Below, piece by piece: positions 48,264 to 58,040 of a stretch of DNA of 64,000 nt. A model generated the notes under the pieces. That model saw only the letters and a program-made list of their open reading frames with translations, was not told the origin of the DNA and did no database searches. Each line of letters starts with the position of its first letter. Position 1 is the first letter of the stretch. The DNA comes from Elusimicrobiota bacterium (GTDB lineage Bacteria > Elusimicrobiota > Elusimicrobia > UBA1565 > UBA9628). A program made the position numbers and the translations under genes. The DNA lies in NCBI GenBank assembly GCA_030696455.1, contig JAUYSH010000110.1, positions 3,794-67,793 of the forward strand. The letters are read 5' to 3'.

Positions 48264-49658
48264 ATGATCCTCCGGCCCTTCTACCTCGCGTGCCTGGCGC
48301 ACGGCTCTTACCTGCTCGGCGACGAGAAGACGGGGGTCGCGGTGATCGTCGACCCGCAGCGCGACGTCGACGTCTACGTCGAGGAGGCCGCCAAGCTCGG
48401 CCTGCGCATCGAGCACGTGCTGCTCACCCACTTTCACGCGGACTTCGTGGCCGGGCACCTTGAGCTGCGCGACCGCTGCGGCGCGAAGATCCATCTCGGA
48501 GCGCGCGCGCGGGCGGATTACGCGTTCTCCCCCCTCGCGGACGGCGCGCGCCTCGAGTTCGGCTCTCTCGGGATCGGCGTGCTCGAGACCCCGGGGCATA
48601 CGCCCGAGGGCGTCTGCCTGACGGTGTTCGATCTGGCCGCCGACCGGGACAAGCCCAAGGCCGTGCTCACCGGCGACACCTTGTTCATCGGCGACGTGGG
48701 ACGTCCGGACCTGATGGCCTCGGTCGGATTCAAGGCGGAGGATCTCGCGGGCATGCTCTACGATTCGCTTCAGACGAAGCTGATGACCTTGCCCGACGAG
48801 ACTCTCGTCTATCCCGCCCACGGGGCGGGCTCCGCCTGCGGCAAGAACATGTCCGACGAGCGGGTCTCGACGATCGGCGAGCAGAAGCTCTACAACTACG
48901 CCCTGAAGGCGCGCTCCCGCGAGGAGTTCATCGGCCTCGTGACCGAGGGCCAGGCCGAAGCGCCCGGCTACTTCTCCCGCGACGCCGAGATGAACCGCCG
49001 CGAGCGCTCCACCCTCGACGCCGCCCTCGCCGCCCTGCCCGAGCTGGCCCTCCCGCAAGCCGAGAAGGCCGTCCTCGGAGGGGCGCTGCTCCTCGACACG
49101 CGCGATCCCGCCGACTTCTCGGGCGCTCATTGGCGCGGGGCGGTCAACATCGGCCTCGACGGCAAATTCGCGAACTGGGCGGGCTCGGTGCTCGACGCCG
49201 GCATAGCGCTCGTGATCGTCGCCGACCCCGGGCGGGAAAAAGAATCGGTCTTGCGTCTGGCCCGCGTGGGCATCGACCGCGTGGCCGGCGTCCTGAAGGG
49301 CGGCATGCGGGCGCTCGACGCCCGCCCCGACCTCGTGGCGCGCACGCCGCGCGTCACCGCCCGGGCTCTCGCCGAGCGGCTCTCCGGCGGCAACGCCCCG
49401 CTCGTCGTGGACGTGCGCACCGACGCGGAGCGCGCGGCGGGCTTCGTCGCCGGCAGCGTCCACCTGCCGCTGGCGCAATGGCCGCGGCGACTGGCGGAGG
49501 TCCCCAAGGGGCGCCCTGTCGCCGTCTACTGCGCGGGCGGCTACCGCTCCTCGATCGCCGCGAGCCTGCTGCGCTCGGCGGGGCACGACGACGTCACCGA
49601 CCTCGTCGGCGGCTTCGGCGCCTGGCGCGAGCAATCCCTGCCGACGGCTCTCTCCTAA
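48264..49658 (+). CDS. MBL-fold persulfide dioxygenase fused to rhodanese domains (CstB/Blh-like)
   Basis: THFHADF, TPGHTPE, GDTLF..GRPDL, PAHGAGSACG, YCAGGYRS. Confidence 0.9.
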   Translation: MILRPFYLACLAHGSYLLGDEKTGVAVIVDPQRDVDVYVEEAAKLGLRIEHVLLTHFHADFVAGHLELRDRCGAKIHLGARARADYAFSPLADGARLEFGSLGIGVLETPGHTPEGVCLTVFDLAADRDKPKAVLTGDTLFIGDVGRPDLMASVGFKAEDLAGMLYDSLQTKLMTLPDETLVYPAHGAGSACGKNMSDERVSTIGEQKLYNYALKARSREEFIGLVTEGQAEAPGYFSRDAEMNRRERSTLDAALAALPELALPQAEKAVLGGALLLDTRDPADFSGAHWRGAVNIGLDGKFANWAGSVLDAGIALVIVADPGREKESVLRLARVGIDRVAGVLKGGMRALDARPDLVARTPRVTARALAERLSGGNAPLVVDVRTDAERAAGFVAGSVHLPLAQWPRRLAEVPKGRPVAVYCAGGYRSSIAASLLRSAGHDDVTDLVGGFGAWREQSLPTALS

Positions 49659-49663
49659 ACGAC

Positions 49664-49695
49664 GAAGGGAACTATCCTTGAGGATAGTTCCCTTC
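49664..49695. repeat. Palindrome GAAGGGAACTATCCT-TG-AGGATAGTTCCCTTC between convergent genes
   Basis: Perfect 15-bp arms; core shared with 776 and 34164. Confidence 0.9.
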
Positions 49696-49718
49696 CAACT
49701 GTCCGTGAGGACAGCCCG

Positions 49719-50204
49719 CTATTCTCCGGCGCGCTCGGTTTCGCCGATGACGCTGAAGTCGAGGCCCGGCTCGGCGGCCTCCGTCACCTTCTGCTCGATC
49801 TGGTTCTGATAAGCGATCGAGTAGCGCGCGTAGGGGATCGCCTCGAGGCGGGCGCGCGTGATCGGCTTCTGGGTGGCCTCGCATAGGCCGTAGGTCCCGT
49901 TGTCGATCTTGCGGATCGCGGATTCGACCATGTCGAGGGTGGTGCGCTCGTTGTCGGAGAGCTCGAACATGAGCTCCTTCTCGATGGACTGGCTCGCCTG
50001 ATCGACGGAGTCGCCGTTGTCCACCTCGCCGATGCTCTGCTTGCGGACCGTGCGCAGGATGTCGTCGCGCATCTCGACGAGCTCGGCGCGGATCGCTTTG
50101 ATCTTAGCCGGCGTGAGCCACGCCAAATCTTTAGCGGAAGACCCCGCGGCGGCTTTCGCCTTGGCGGGGGATTGAGCGGCCTTCTTCACGAGTTTTTTCG
50201 TCAT
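49719..50204 (-). CDS. dksA: DksA/TraR-family transcription factor, single-Cys type
   Basis: DSVDQA coiled-coil tip; GTYGLCEAT..I..ARLEAIPYA. Confidence 0.85.
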   Translation of the reverse strand: MTKKLVKKAAQSPAKAKAAAGSSAKDLAWLTPAKIKAIRAELVEMRDDILRTVRKQSIGEVDNGDSVDQASQSIEKELMFELSDNERTTLDMVESAIRKIDNGTYGLCEATQKPITRARLEAIPYARYSIAYQNQIEQKVTEAAEPGLDFSVIGETERAGE

Positions 50205-50276
50205 AACGCCTCCGGAAAATCGGAACGAGATAGTATATGAGAATGCCCGACGGGCGCAAGGCCCAGACGTTCTATT

Positions 50277-51758
50277 CTAAGGCAGTCGGCCGGCGGCGTC
50301 CCTGAGACGGGAGACGACCATGTCCTTGCCCATGATCTCGAGCATGAGGAACAAGGTCGGTCCCTCGGTCCGGCCGCTGACGGCCACCCGGATCGGATGG
50401 AAGACCTGGCCGTTCTTGAGCCCCTTGTCCGCGACGAATTGCCGGATGCGGGCCTCGAGGGCCTTGTCCTCGAACGGAGAGAAGGACTGCAACGTTTCGG
50501 CGAGGCCGAGCAGAACCTCCTTGGCCCCGGGAGCCTTGAGAACCTTGTCGAACGCCTTCGGGTCGAAGGCGACCGGCTTGTAAAAGAACTCGATCAAGGT
50601 CGGGATGTCGGAGAGCAGCTTGAACTTCTCGTGCTCGAGGGCGACCACGCGCTTGAGCTCCGGGCCGGGGAGGCCGATGAGGCCCGCCTTTTCCAGGAAA
50701 GGCTTCGCCAAGGCCACCAGCTCGTCCACGGAGGTTTGGCGGATATACTCGCCGTTCATCCAGTTGAGCTTGACCGTGTCGAAGGTTGCGGGGCTTTTCT
50801 GGCAGCCCGCGAGATCGAACTTGGAGATGAGGTCCTCGTCGGTGAACAGCTGCTGGGACTCGGTGGTGGACCAGCCGAGCAACGCCAGGTAGTTGCGCAT
50901 CGTGTGCGGCAGATAGCCCTGATCGCGATACTCGAGCACCGAGGTCGCGCCGTGGCGTTTGGAGAGCTTCGAGCCGTCGGGGCCGAGGATCATGGACAGG
51001 TGGGCGAACAGCGGCGGCTGCCAGCCGAGGGCGTAGTAGATCTGGATCTGCGACGGCGTGTTGGACAGATGCTCGTCGCCGCGGACCACATGCGTCATCT
51101 CCATGAGGTGGTCGTCGATGACGCAGCAGAAATTGTAGGTCGGGCCGTCGGTCGTCTTCCAGATGACGAGGTCCTGCTGCAGATTGTTTTCGAAGGAGAC
51201 CTTGCCGCGGATCTGGTCGTCGACGATGGTGGCACCCTCGGTCGGCATCTTGAAGCGGATGGAGAACTTCTTGCCGGCGGATTCCTGCTCCGCGCGCTGC
51301 GCGGGGCTGAGAGCGCGGCACTTGCCCGGATAGCGCGGCGGGCGCTTCTCGAGCTGCGCGACGCGCCGGTACTCGTCGAGCTCCTCCTTGGTGCAGTAGC
51401 ACCGGTAGGCCTTTCCCTCGCTCACGAGCTTATCGAGATGAGTCCGATAGATGGAAACGCGCTGCATCTGGAAGTACGGCGAATACGGGCCCTTGTCGGT
51501 CTTCCCGTCGAGGGGGCCCTCGTCCCAGTCGAGGCCGAGCCATTTCACCGAGTCCAGGATGGCGGTCACCGAGTCGTCGGTCGAGCGGACTTCATCGGTG
51601 TCTTCTATGCGCAGTATGAAATCGCCTTTGTGACGGCGCGCGAAGAGCCAATTATAGAGCGTCGTGCGCGCGCCTCCGATGTGCAGAAATCCCGTCGGGG
51701 ACGGCGCGAAGCGCGTCCGCACCTTCACTGAACGGGGTTCGGTGCGATCTTCTTTCAT
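50277..51758 (-). CDS. gltX: Glutamate--tRNA ligase
   Basis: RFAPSPTGFLHIGG, LRIEDTD, RGDEH, KLSKR. Confidence 0.97.
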   Translation of the reverse strand: MKEDRTEPRSVKVRTRFAPSPTGFLHIGGARTTLYNWLFARRHKGDFILRIEDTDEVRSTDDSVTAILDSVKWLGLDWDEGPLDGKTDKGPYSPYFQMQRVSIYRTHLDKLVSEGKAYRCYCTKEELDEYRRVAQLEKRPPRYPGKCRALSPAQRAEQESAGKKFSIRFKMPTEGATIVDDQIRGKVSFENNLQQDLVIWKTTDGPTYNFCCVIDDHLMEMTHVVRGDEHLSNTPSQIQIYYALGWQPPLFAHLSMILGPDGSKLSKRHGATSVLEYRDQGYLPHTMRNYLALLGWSTTESQQLFTDEDLISKFDLAGCQKSPATFDTVKLNWMNGEYIRQTSVDELVALAKPFLEKAGLIGLPGPELKRVVALEHEKFKLLSDIPTLIEFFYKPVAFDPKAFDKVLKAPGAKEVLLGLAETLQSFSPFEDKALEARIRQFVADKGLKNGQVFHPIRVAVSGRTEGPTLFLMLEIMGKDMVVSRLRDAAGRLP

Positions 51759-53407
51759 ATCGAACTCTCCAACAACTCTTGGGCATGTTTGCGGGAAGCG
51801 CCCGTCGGCTTGCCGCCGAGCATCGTCGCGACGGTCTCAAGGCGCTCGGCTCCGCCGAGCCGGTCGACGCGCAGGCGCGTGCGGCCGGCGGCGACGTCCT
51901 TGACGGCGTGAAAGTGGTTCTGCGCGAAGCAGGCGACCTGAGGCAGGTGCGTGATGCACAGCACCTGACGGCCTTTCGCCAGCGCGGACAGGCGCTCGCC
52001 GACGGCGTGGGCGACCTCGCCGCCGATGCCGGCGTCGACCTCGTCGAAGACGAGCAATGCCGTTCGGTCCGCCTTCGCGAAGACGGTCTTGAGAGCGAGC
52101 ATGACGCGCGAGAGCTCGCCGCCGGAGGCCGCGCTCTTCACCGGACGGGGCGGTTCGCCGGGATTGGGCGCCAGCAGGAACTCCACGGCGTCCGCGCCGG
52201 TCTTCGACCAGCTTCCCTCCTCCATCTCGACGGCGCACGAGAAGCGGGCGTGCGGAAGACCCAGAACCTTGAGCTCCTTGAGGGCGGCGGCGTCGAGCTT
52301 CCTGGCGGCCTTCACGCGCTTGTCGTGGGCCTCGCCGGACAGGCGCGCGAGCTCCGCCTCGGCCTTCGCGAGTTCCTTGCGCGTCTTCTCGAGGTGGGCG
52401 TCGGCGTTGATCAGGCCATCGAGCTCGACGGCCAGGCGCTCGCGCGTCTCGAGCACCGCGGACAGGGTCACGCCGTGCCGCTTCTTGAGGCGCGCCAGGA
52501 CGTCCTGACGGGCCAGCAACGCGTCGAGGGCGGCGGGGTCGGCCGAGACCGCGTCGCGGTAATTCCCGAGCTCGCGGGCGACCGAGCCGGCGGCGACATG
52601 CGCGCCCTCGAGCTCGGTGTGGAGGCTTCCCGCGGCGGGATCGAGCTTGGCGAGCTCGGAGACCGCCCGGGAGGCCTTGAGCAGGCGCGCCACGGCGGCG
52701 TTCTCCTCGGCGTAGAGCAGGCCGTAGGCCGTGTCGGCGAGTCCGCGCAGGCGCTCGGCGTTCTTCAGGCGGGGGAGGCTTTCCTCCAGCGCCTCGTCTT
52801 CTCCCATACGAAGCCTCGCGCCGTCGATCTCCTCGACCTGGAAGCGCAGCAAGTCGGCGCGCCGCTCGCGCTCCGCCTCGGACAGCGAGGACGCCTCGAG
52901 GCGGACCCGGAGGCCCGACCACGCCGCGTAGGCCTCGGCCAGCGTGACGCGCTCGGCGTCGAGGCCGCCGAAGCGGTCGAGCAGCTCGAGCTGGGAGGCG
53001 GCCTGCAGCAAGGTGCGGCTTTCGTGCTGGCCGTGGAAGTCCGCGAAGTGGTCCCCGACGCGGCCCAAGGCGGCCACCGGGGCGGGACGGCCCGCGATCA
53101 TCGCGCGCGTGCGGCCGGTGGCATCGAGCTCGCGGCGCAGCTCGACGGCCTTGCCGTCGAGGCCGAGCTCACGGCGCAGGTCGGCCGGGACGTCGGCGGC
53201 GTCGACGAGACCCTCGACCTCCAGGCGCTGCGCTCCCGCGCGAAGCCAGGACGAGGAGCCGCGCCCGCCGAGGAGAAAGCCCAAGGCCTCGAGCAGGATG
53301 GACTTGCCCGCTCCGGTCTCGCCGGTGAGCGCGGTAAATCCCGGTCCAAGCTCAAGTTCGACCTTCTCGGCCACCGCGAAATTGAGGACCTTCAGGCGCC
53401 TGAGCAT
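51755..53407 (-). CDS. recN: DNA repair protein RecN
   Basis: TGETGAGKS, HGQH, ASGGELSR, FDEVDAG, ITHLPQVA. Confidence 0.96.
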   Translation of the reverse strand: MLRRLKVLNFAVAEKVELELGPGFTALTGETGAGKSILLEALGFLLGGRGSSSWLRAGAQRLEVEGLVDAADVPADLRRELGLDGKAVELRRELDATGRTRAMIAGRPAPVAALGRVGDHFADFHGQHESRTLLQAASQLELLDRFGGLDAERVTLAEAYAAWSGLRVRLEASSLSEAERERRADLLRFQVEEIDGARLRMGEDEALEESLPRLKNAERLRGLADTAYGLLYAEENAAVARLLKASRAVSELAKLDPAAGSLHTELEGAHVAAGSVARELGNYRDAVSADPAALDALLARQDVLARLKKRHGVTLSAVLETRERLAVELDGLINADAHLEKTRKELAKAEAELARLSGEAHDKRVKAARKLDAAALKELKVLGLPHARFSCAVEMEEGSWSKTGADAVEFLLAPNPGEPPRPVKSAASGGELSRVMLALKTVFAKADRTALLVFDEVDAGIGGEVAHAVGERLSALAKGRQVLCITHLPQVACFAQNHFHAVKDVAAGRTRLRVDRLGGAERLETVATMLGGKPTGASRKHAQELLESSI

Positions 53408-55986
53408 GTCAGCGCTGCCCCCACTTCAGCTTGCGGCGAAGGACCTCGAAGAAGGAGCGGCCCGGCGGAAGCAGCAGGCGCAGCGGCGTCTCCGCGCGGC
53501 GCACGCGCACCTCGTCGCCGAGCTTGAGGTCGCAGCCGGGGCGGCCGTCGAGTGAGACGAGCACGCGGGGCGCCTCCCCCTCGCGGCGTTTGCCCAGGCG
53601 GATGGTCAGCGGCAGGTGCGCCGGGACGATCAGCGGCCTCTGGGTCAGCGCGTGAGGACAGATCGGCGCCACCAAGGTCACGTCGAGCGAGGGGTCGATG
53701 ATCGGGCCGGAGGCCGCCAGCGAGTAGGCCGTCGAGCCCGTCGGCGTCGCCACGATGAGCCCGTCGCCGAAGTAGTCGGCCACGAAGCGCTCCCCGGAGC
53801 GCGTCGAAAGCGTGATCGCTCGCGCCTGCTCGCCGCAGCGGATGACGACCTCGTTGAGGGCGAGGTCCGGCCCGTAGACGCGCCGGCCGCCGCGCAGCAC
53901 CTCCGCCGAGAGCATCGAGCGCTCCTCGACGGCGAAGCGCCCGGCGAGGACGGCGCTCACGCAGCGCTTCAGGTCCCCCGCCTCGGCCGCGGAAAGAAAG
54001 CCCAAGGTCCCGATGTTGACGCCGAGCAGCGGAATGCCGCGCGGGGCGACCTCGCGCGCGACGTGGAGCATGGTCCCGTCGCCGCCGAGCGCGATGGCGA
54101 GGTCGGCGTCGCGCAGGGAGCGCGCCGTGGGCACGCGAGCCGCCGTCACGGCGCGTACGCCGCTCTTCTTGAGAAGGGAGCGTACGAGCGCGAGGGTCCG
54201 CGACGAATCGGGCTTGGCCTCGTTGCGAAAAACGAGGACCGACCCGAACGCCCGGACGGAGGGGATCTTGGAGAAAGTAGGTATCGCCATCGATGACCAC
54301 CTCGAACGCGGACGCCCAAGGGGCCTCGATTATAGCAAAAGCCCCTTCGGCCCTCCGGGCGGAAGGTTTTCCGTCATAGCCGCCGAACATCAGCTCGACC
54401 TTGCCCAGCCGCAGCCGCCACGGGCCGCCGACGGCGCGGCGCTCGAGATTCCCGGCGCCGAGGGCGCGCGCCGCCCGGCGGGCCGTCGCGCGCGGCGGTT
54501 TGGCTCCCAGGTGCCAGGCGGGCCCGCCGTTGAAGCGCAGCAGCACGCTCCCGTCGGTCAGGAACAGCGCCGACACCGGAGGCCGCGGCGCGAGCGCCCG
54601 GCCGGCGGCGAAGATGACCGCCGCCGCGGCGAGCAGCGCGACGCGCGCCCGGGGCCGGGGCCAGAAGGTCAAGCCGGCGAGCAGGAGAAGCCAGGCGGCG
54701 ATCTCCGCTGCCGTCCAAGGCCTCGGCTCGACGGCGGCCCAGGGCAAGGCCGCGGCGCGCACGCAGGTCCGCTCGAAGATCCAAAGCCCGGCGCCGACGA
54801 GCTTCGCCGCCGCGGGCGCCGCGGAAGGCAGCCACGCGTCCGCCGCCCACAGCAGGAAGCCCCCCGCGAGCAGCGGCCCCGACAACGGGACCAGGATCAG
54901 GTTCACGAACGGCCCGACGAGGGAGGCCCGCCCGAACACGGCGAGCCAGAGCGGCCACAGCGCCGCGGCGACGGCGACGCTGATCAGGAACAGGGCCGCC
55001 GCCGCGCGAACGACGCTCGGCCAGCCCGCGGGGGCCGCGCGCTCCGCGCCGCCGCCCGCCCAGATGATCGCCGCGCAGGCCCCCACGCTCATGACCGCGC
55101 TCGGAGAGAGGGCCGACGCCGGATCGAGAACGAGCATGACCGCGGCCGCGAGGGTCAGCGCGGCCGACGCCGTCGTCTCCCGCCCGAGCGCGCGTCCCGC
55201 GAGCGCCGCGGCGAGCATCACCCAGGCGCGCAAGCACGGCGGATCGGCGCCGGCCATCAAGGTGTAGAACCCCGCGGCCCCGAGGATCAGCGCGGCGCGC
55301 CCCCCCGGCCTCAGGCCCGCCGCGAGCCCCAGCAGCGCGGCCATCGCCGCCGCGAAGCCGACGTTGGATCCCGACGCGACGAGCAGGTGGGTGGCGCCCG
55401 CGTCGCGCACCGCCTTGGCGAGACCGTCGGACAAAGCACCCGCGTCGCCCAGCGCGATGCCGGCCAGCAAAGCGGCGCGCTCCGGGGGAAGGCGCCGCGC
55501 GAAGGCGCCCTCCGCGCGCAGGCGCGCGCGCTGGGCCCAGGCCCAGGGAAAAAAGCGCGCGGGCGGCGCGGCCGTCGACACCGTCACCTCGGTGGCGTGC
55601 AGCACCCACCCGCAGCCCGAGGCCTCGAGCGCGCCTTTCTCGTCGAAATCCCCGGGGTCGCGCGGCCGGCGCGGCAGCCTCAGTTTTCCCGCGACGACCG
55701 CGTTTCTCCCTTTCTCGAGGTCCTTTATGCCGCGGCCGCGCGGCAGCCAGACTTGCGCGCGCTGGGGGCCCGATGGGGAGTCGAAGACGAGCCGCGTGCG
55801 CCAGCCGCGGCGAGTCTGGCGCACCGGCGCGTCGAGCGCGCCCGCGATCCGCACCGGCCCCGCGTAAGCGGCCTCCCTCCAGCCCTCGTCGCGCCCCGGC
55901 GCCAGCAGCCCCTCGCGCCGCGCGAGAAGGGCGGCCAGCGCGCCGGCGGCCACGGCCCAAAAAAGAGGACGCCGCAGGATTCCCAT
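53392..55986 (-). CDS. comEC: ComEC/Rec2 competence protein; ComEC-like sequence ends near 54270 but the frame stays open to 53392
   Basis: PRDPGDFD, GATHLLVASGSNV, PPCLRAWVM, NLILVP. Confidence 0.8.
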   Translation of the reverse strand: MGILRRPLFWAVAAGALAALLARREGLLAPGRDEGWREAAYAGPVRIAGALDAPVRQTRRGWRTRLVFDSPSGPQRAQVWLPRGRGIKDLEKGRNAVVAGKLRLPRRPRDPGDFDEKGALEASGCGWVLHATEVTVSTAAPPARFFPWAWAQRARLRAEGAFARRLPPERAALLAGIALGDAGALSDGLAKAVRDAGATHLLVASGSNVGFAAAMAALLGLAAGLRPGGRAALILGAAGFYTLMAGADPPCLRAWVMLAAALAGRALGRETTASAALTLAAAVMLVLDPASALSPSAVMSVGACAAIIWAGGGAERAAPAGWPSVVRAAAALFLISVAVAAALWPLWLAVFGRASLVGPFVNLILVPLSGPLLAGGFLLWAADAWLPSAAPAAAKLVGAGLWIFERTCVRAAALPWAAVEPRPWTAAEIAAWLLLLAGLTFWPRPRARVALLAAAAVIFAAGRALAPRPPVSALFLTDGSVLLRFNGGPAWHLGAKPPRATARRAARALGAGNLERRAVGGPWRLRLGKVELMFGGYDGKPSARRAEGAFAIIEAPWASAFEVVIDGDTYFLQDPLRPGVRVGPRFSQRGQARFVADPRARTLPSQEERRTRRDGGSRAHGALPARRRPRHRARRRRDHAPRRARGRPARHSAARRQHRDLGLSFRGRGGGPEALRERRPRRALRRRGALDALGGGAARRPARLRAGPRPQRGRHPLRRAGASDHAFDALRGALRGRLLRRRAHRGDADGLDGLLAGGLRPDHRPLARRDLGGADLSSRADPEAADRPGAPAADHPPGQTPRGGGAPRARLTRRPPRLRPQARRRGARAPRGDAAAPAASAGPLLLRGPSPQAEVGAALTCSGA
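53409..54290 (-). CDS. nadK: NAD(+) kinase
   Basis: LGGDGTML, GTLGFL, ALNE, DGLIVATPTGSTAYSLAASGP. Confidence 0.96.
   Translation of the reverse strand: MAIPTFSKIPSVRAFGSVLVFRNEAKPDSSRTLALVRSLLKKSGVRAVTAARVPTARSLRDADLAIALGGDGTMLHVAREVAPRGIPLLGVNIGTLGFLSAAEAGDLKRCVSAVLAGRFAVEERSMLSAEVLRGGRRVYGPDLALNEVVIRCGEQARAITLSTRSGERFVADYFGDGLIVATPTGSTAYSLAASGPIIDPSLDVTLVAPICPHALTQRPLIVPAHLPLTIRLGKRREGEAPRVLVSLDGRPGCDLKLGDEVRVRRAETPLRLLLPPGRSFFEVLRRKLKWGQR
54329..54337 (-). promoter_or_regulatory. Extended -10 (TGC-TATAAT) for nadK-recN-gltX, inside the comEC frame
   Basis: Perfect TATAAT with TGn about 40 nt upstream of nadK, which has SD GAGGT. Confidence 0.55.
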
Positions 55987-56086
55987 ACCTTCATACGATT
56001 GAGGGGGTCAAAATGTTCCCTCCCCGGCCTCATTTTCACGCGAAAGCTCGGGTGCTATGCCGCGCGGTTCAAGTTCGAGCCGCTGA

Positions 56087-56599
56087 CTATTTTTTTTCGC
56101 GTTCGGGCATCGCGGGCATCAATTCGGGCGGCGCGCGAGAGGCGAGCTGCAGCACTTCGATCTGCTCGCGATAGGGCCTTTCCTCAATGGAAACGGCCAG
56201 GTCTGTGCCCGCGTAGGCCCGGCCCGGCGCGAGGGCAGTGCTTTCGTCGATCAGGCGGGGAATGATGTTTCCGTAGACGTAGAGAAGATTGAGCTCGAGG
56301 ATCTTTTTGGAGCGTTTTTCCTCGCCGGGCACCGCGGCCAGCCGCTTCTTGTGGAGGGCGAACTCGGCGCGCTCGATGTTCGCGCACATCCTCCACACGT
56401 CGTCGAGGGTGGTTTTATAGTTGGCGACGTCGTATTTGCCGGACTTCGCGACCCCCTTGAGCAAGGAGTCGGTCCAGCGCCGGGCTTTGGCTTTCGCCTG
56501 GCGCCAGGCCGGCGGGGCGGGCTCGGCCGGGGCCGCGGCACGGGAGACGTCGGCGAATCCAAGGCACAGGGCGGTCCCGAGAAGGGCGAGTTTAATCAT
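56087..56599 (-). CDS. Exported hypothetical protein
   Basis: Signal MIKLALLGTALCLGFA; TACAAT 6 nt before ATG. Confidence 0.7.
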   Translation of the reverse strand: MIKLALLGTALCLGFADVSRAAAPAEPAPPAWRQAKAKARRWTDSLLKGVAKSGKYDVANYKTTLDDVWRMCANIERAEFALHKKRLAAVPGEEKRSKKILELNLLYVYGNIIPRLIDESTALAPGRAYAGTDLAVSIEERPYREQIEVLQLASRAPPELMPAMPEREKK

Positions 56600-56723
56600 G
56601 TCCGTATTGTACCGTGGATCCCGTTCGCGGGGCTGAGGCGGAAGTCCCACGGGCGGCGGGCCATCGGGCCTACTATTGAGATGGTGAAAATATTCCATAT
56701 GCGCTAAGCTCAATGATAGCGCG

Positions 56724-56828
56724 GTGGAGAGCGGGAAACGCTTCATCGCCTTGGTCCGGCGCGGCTGGAAAGTCCGCTTCGTCGAGAAGACCGGGGATCT
56801 GCCCGCGGCGATCATCAAGCCGCTCTAA
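56724..56828 (+). CDS. Possible 34-aa small protein MESGKRFIALVRRGWKVRFVEKTGDLPAAIIKPL
   Basis: GTG..TAA ORF with genome-like GC3 codon usage in otherwise empty space. Confidence 0.35.
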   Translation: MESGKRFIALVRRGWKVRFVEKTGDLPAAIIKPL

Positions 56829-56848
56829 AACCGGCGCGAAGCTCATAC

Positions 56849-56877
56849 TTGTCATTTCGCGGGACCGGGGCTATACT
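56849..56877 (+). promoter_or_regulatory. Sigma70 promoter TTGTCA-N17-TATACT (leaderless arrangement)
   Basis: Near-consensus hexamers; ATG 56884 follows 6 nt later. Confidence 0.75.
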
Positions 56878-56883
56878 CAGGAT

Positions 56884-57522
56884 ATGAGTTGCCCCGGCGG
56901 AGCCTGCGGCAAGGACGGACTCGAGCAGCGCATGATCCTGTACGGGATACTCGCGGCCTGCCTCGTCGTGGGCGTGATCTGGATCTCGGGCTACCGCAAG
57001 ACCGCCTATGTCCTCGTCTCGATCCCCGTCGCCATCGCCGTCGCCGGCCCCCAACTCTCGCGCGGCCTCGACCGCGTCACGACCGCCGTCTCGAAACGCT
57101 GGCGCGCGCACGCGCGCCTGCCCGGGCGCCAGTACTGCCCGGAGTGCGCCCGCGCGCTCGGCCCGGCCGGTAAGGATCACCCCGCCGCCGTCGGCGACTG
57201 CCCCAAGTGCGGGGGAAGCTGGTGCGATTCGCGCAAGCTGCTGGTCTCGTTGGCGCCGTACGGCACGGTCGAGAGCACCTGGCAGAAGATCGAACGCGAC
57301 GAGCTCACGCCGCCGATGCTCTGCCCGCAATGCGCCGTGCCTCTCGAGCTGGGGACCCTGGACCGGCTTCAACCGCTGCTCGCCCGCTGCGCCGCCTGCG
57401 ACGGCCACTGGATCGCGAGGATGACGTGGACGTGGTTCGAGCTCAATCCGGCTCCGGTCGCGAAGGCCGTTCGTCCCACGGAGGTCGCCGAACCCGAGCT
57501 CGTCCTGCGCAAGAGCGCGTGA
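56884..57522 (+). CDS. Membrane protein with two zf-TFIIB-like zinc ribbons
   Basis: Two TM segments; CPEC..CPKCGGSW and CPQC..CAACDGHW. Confidence 0.8.
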   Translation: MSCPGGACGKDGLEQRMILYGILAACLVVGVIWISGYRKTAYVLVSIPVAIAVAGPQLSRGLDRVTTAVSKRWRAHARLPGRQYCPECARALGPAGKDHPAAVGDCPKCGGSWCDSRKLLVSLAPYGTVESTWQKIERDELTPPMLCPQCAVPLELGTLDRLQPLLARCAACDGHWIARMTWTWFELNPAPVAKAVRPTEVAEPELVLRKSA

Positions 57523-57998
57523 ACCTCCTTCTGTCGGCCGCCTTGGCGCTGGGCGCCTCCGCCCGCGCCGCCCCGGCCTTCGCCCCCCTCGAGAAGGTCC
57601 GGGAATGGCCCGTGTACGACGAGCGCGCCTCGGGCGAAACGGACCTGGGAGACCTCTGCCGCATGGCGCGCCTGCCCTGCGGCGTCGTCGCGCCGAAGGG
57701 CGCGAGGCTCGTGGCGCCCGCCGTTCCGATCGCCGGCCTCACCGTCGGCGCGCTGCTCGACCGCATCCTCGCGGCCCATCCCGGCTACGCCGCCGAGCTG
57801 AACGAAGGCGTCCTTGTCGTGCGCCGGACCCTCGACGCGATCGCGCGAGGCGACGGACGCATGCTGTGGGGCGCCGAGAGCGACGGAAAAGCCTGCGCCG
57901 GGTTCCGCTTCGAGAGCTGGCGCGCGCCCCAGGCGATCGAGAAGGGCTCGGTCTTGGTGTCCGTTTCCGGGCACAAAAGCTTGACGCCGAAGCGATGA
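57519..57998 (+). CDS. Exported hypothetical protein
   Basis: GTGA overlap; signal VNLLLSAALALGASARA. Confidence 0.55.
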   Translation: MNLLLSAALALGASARAAPAFAPLEKVREWPVYDERASGETDLGDLCRMARLPCGVVAPKGARLVAPAVPIAGLTVGALLDRILAAHPGYAAELNEGVLVVRRTLDAIARGDGRMLWGAESDGKACAGFRFESWRAPQAIEKGSVLVSVSGHKSLTPKR

Positions 57999-58040
57999 TG
58001 GATTTTGCAGAATCCCGCTGATCACAGGAGGCCGCCGAAC

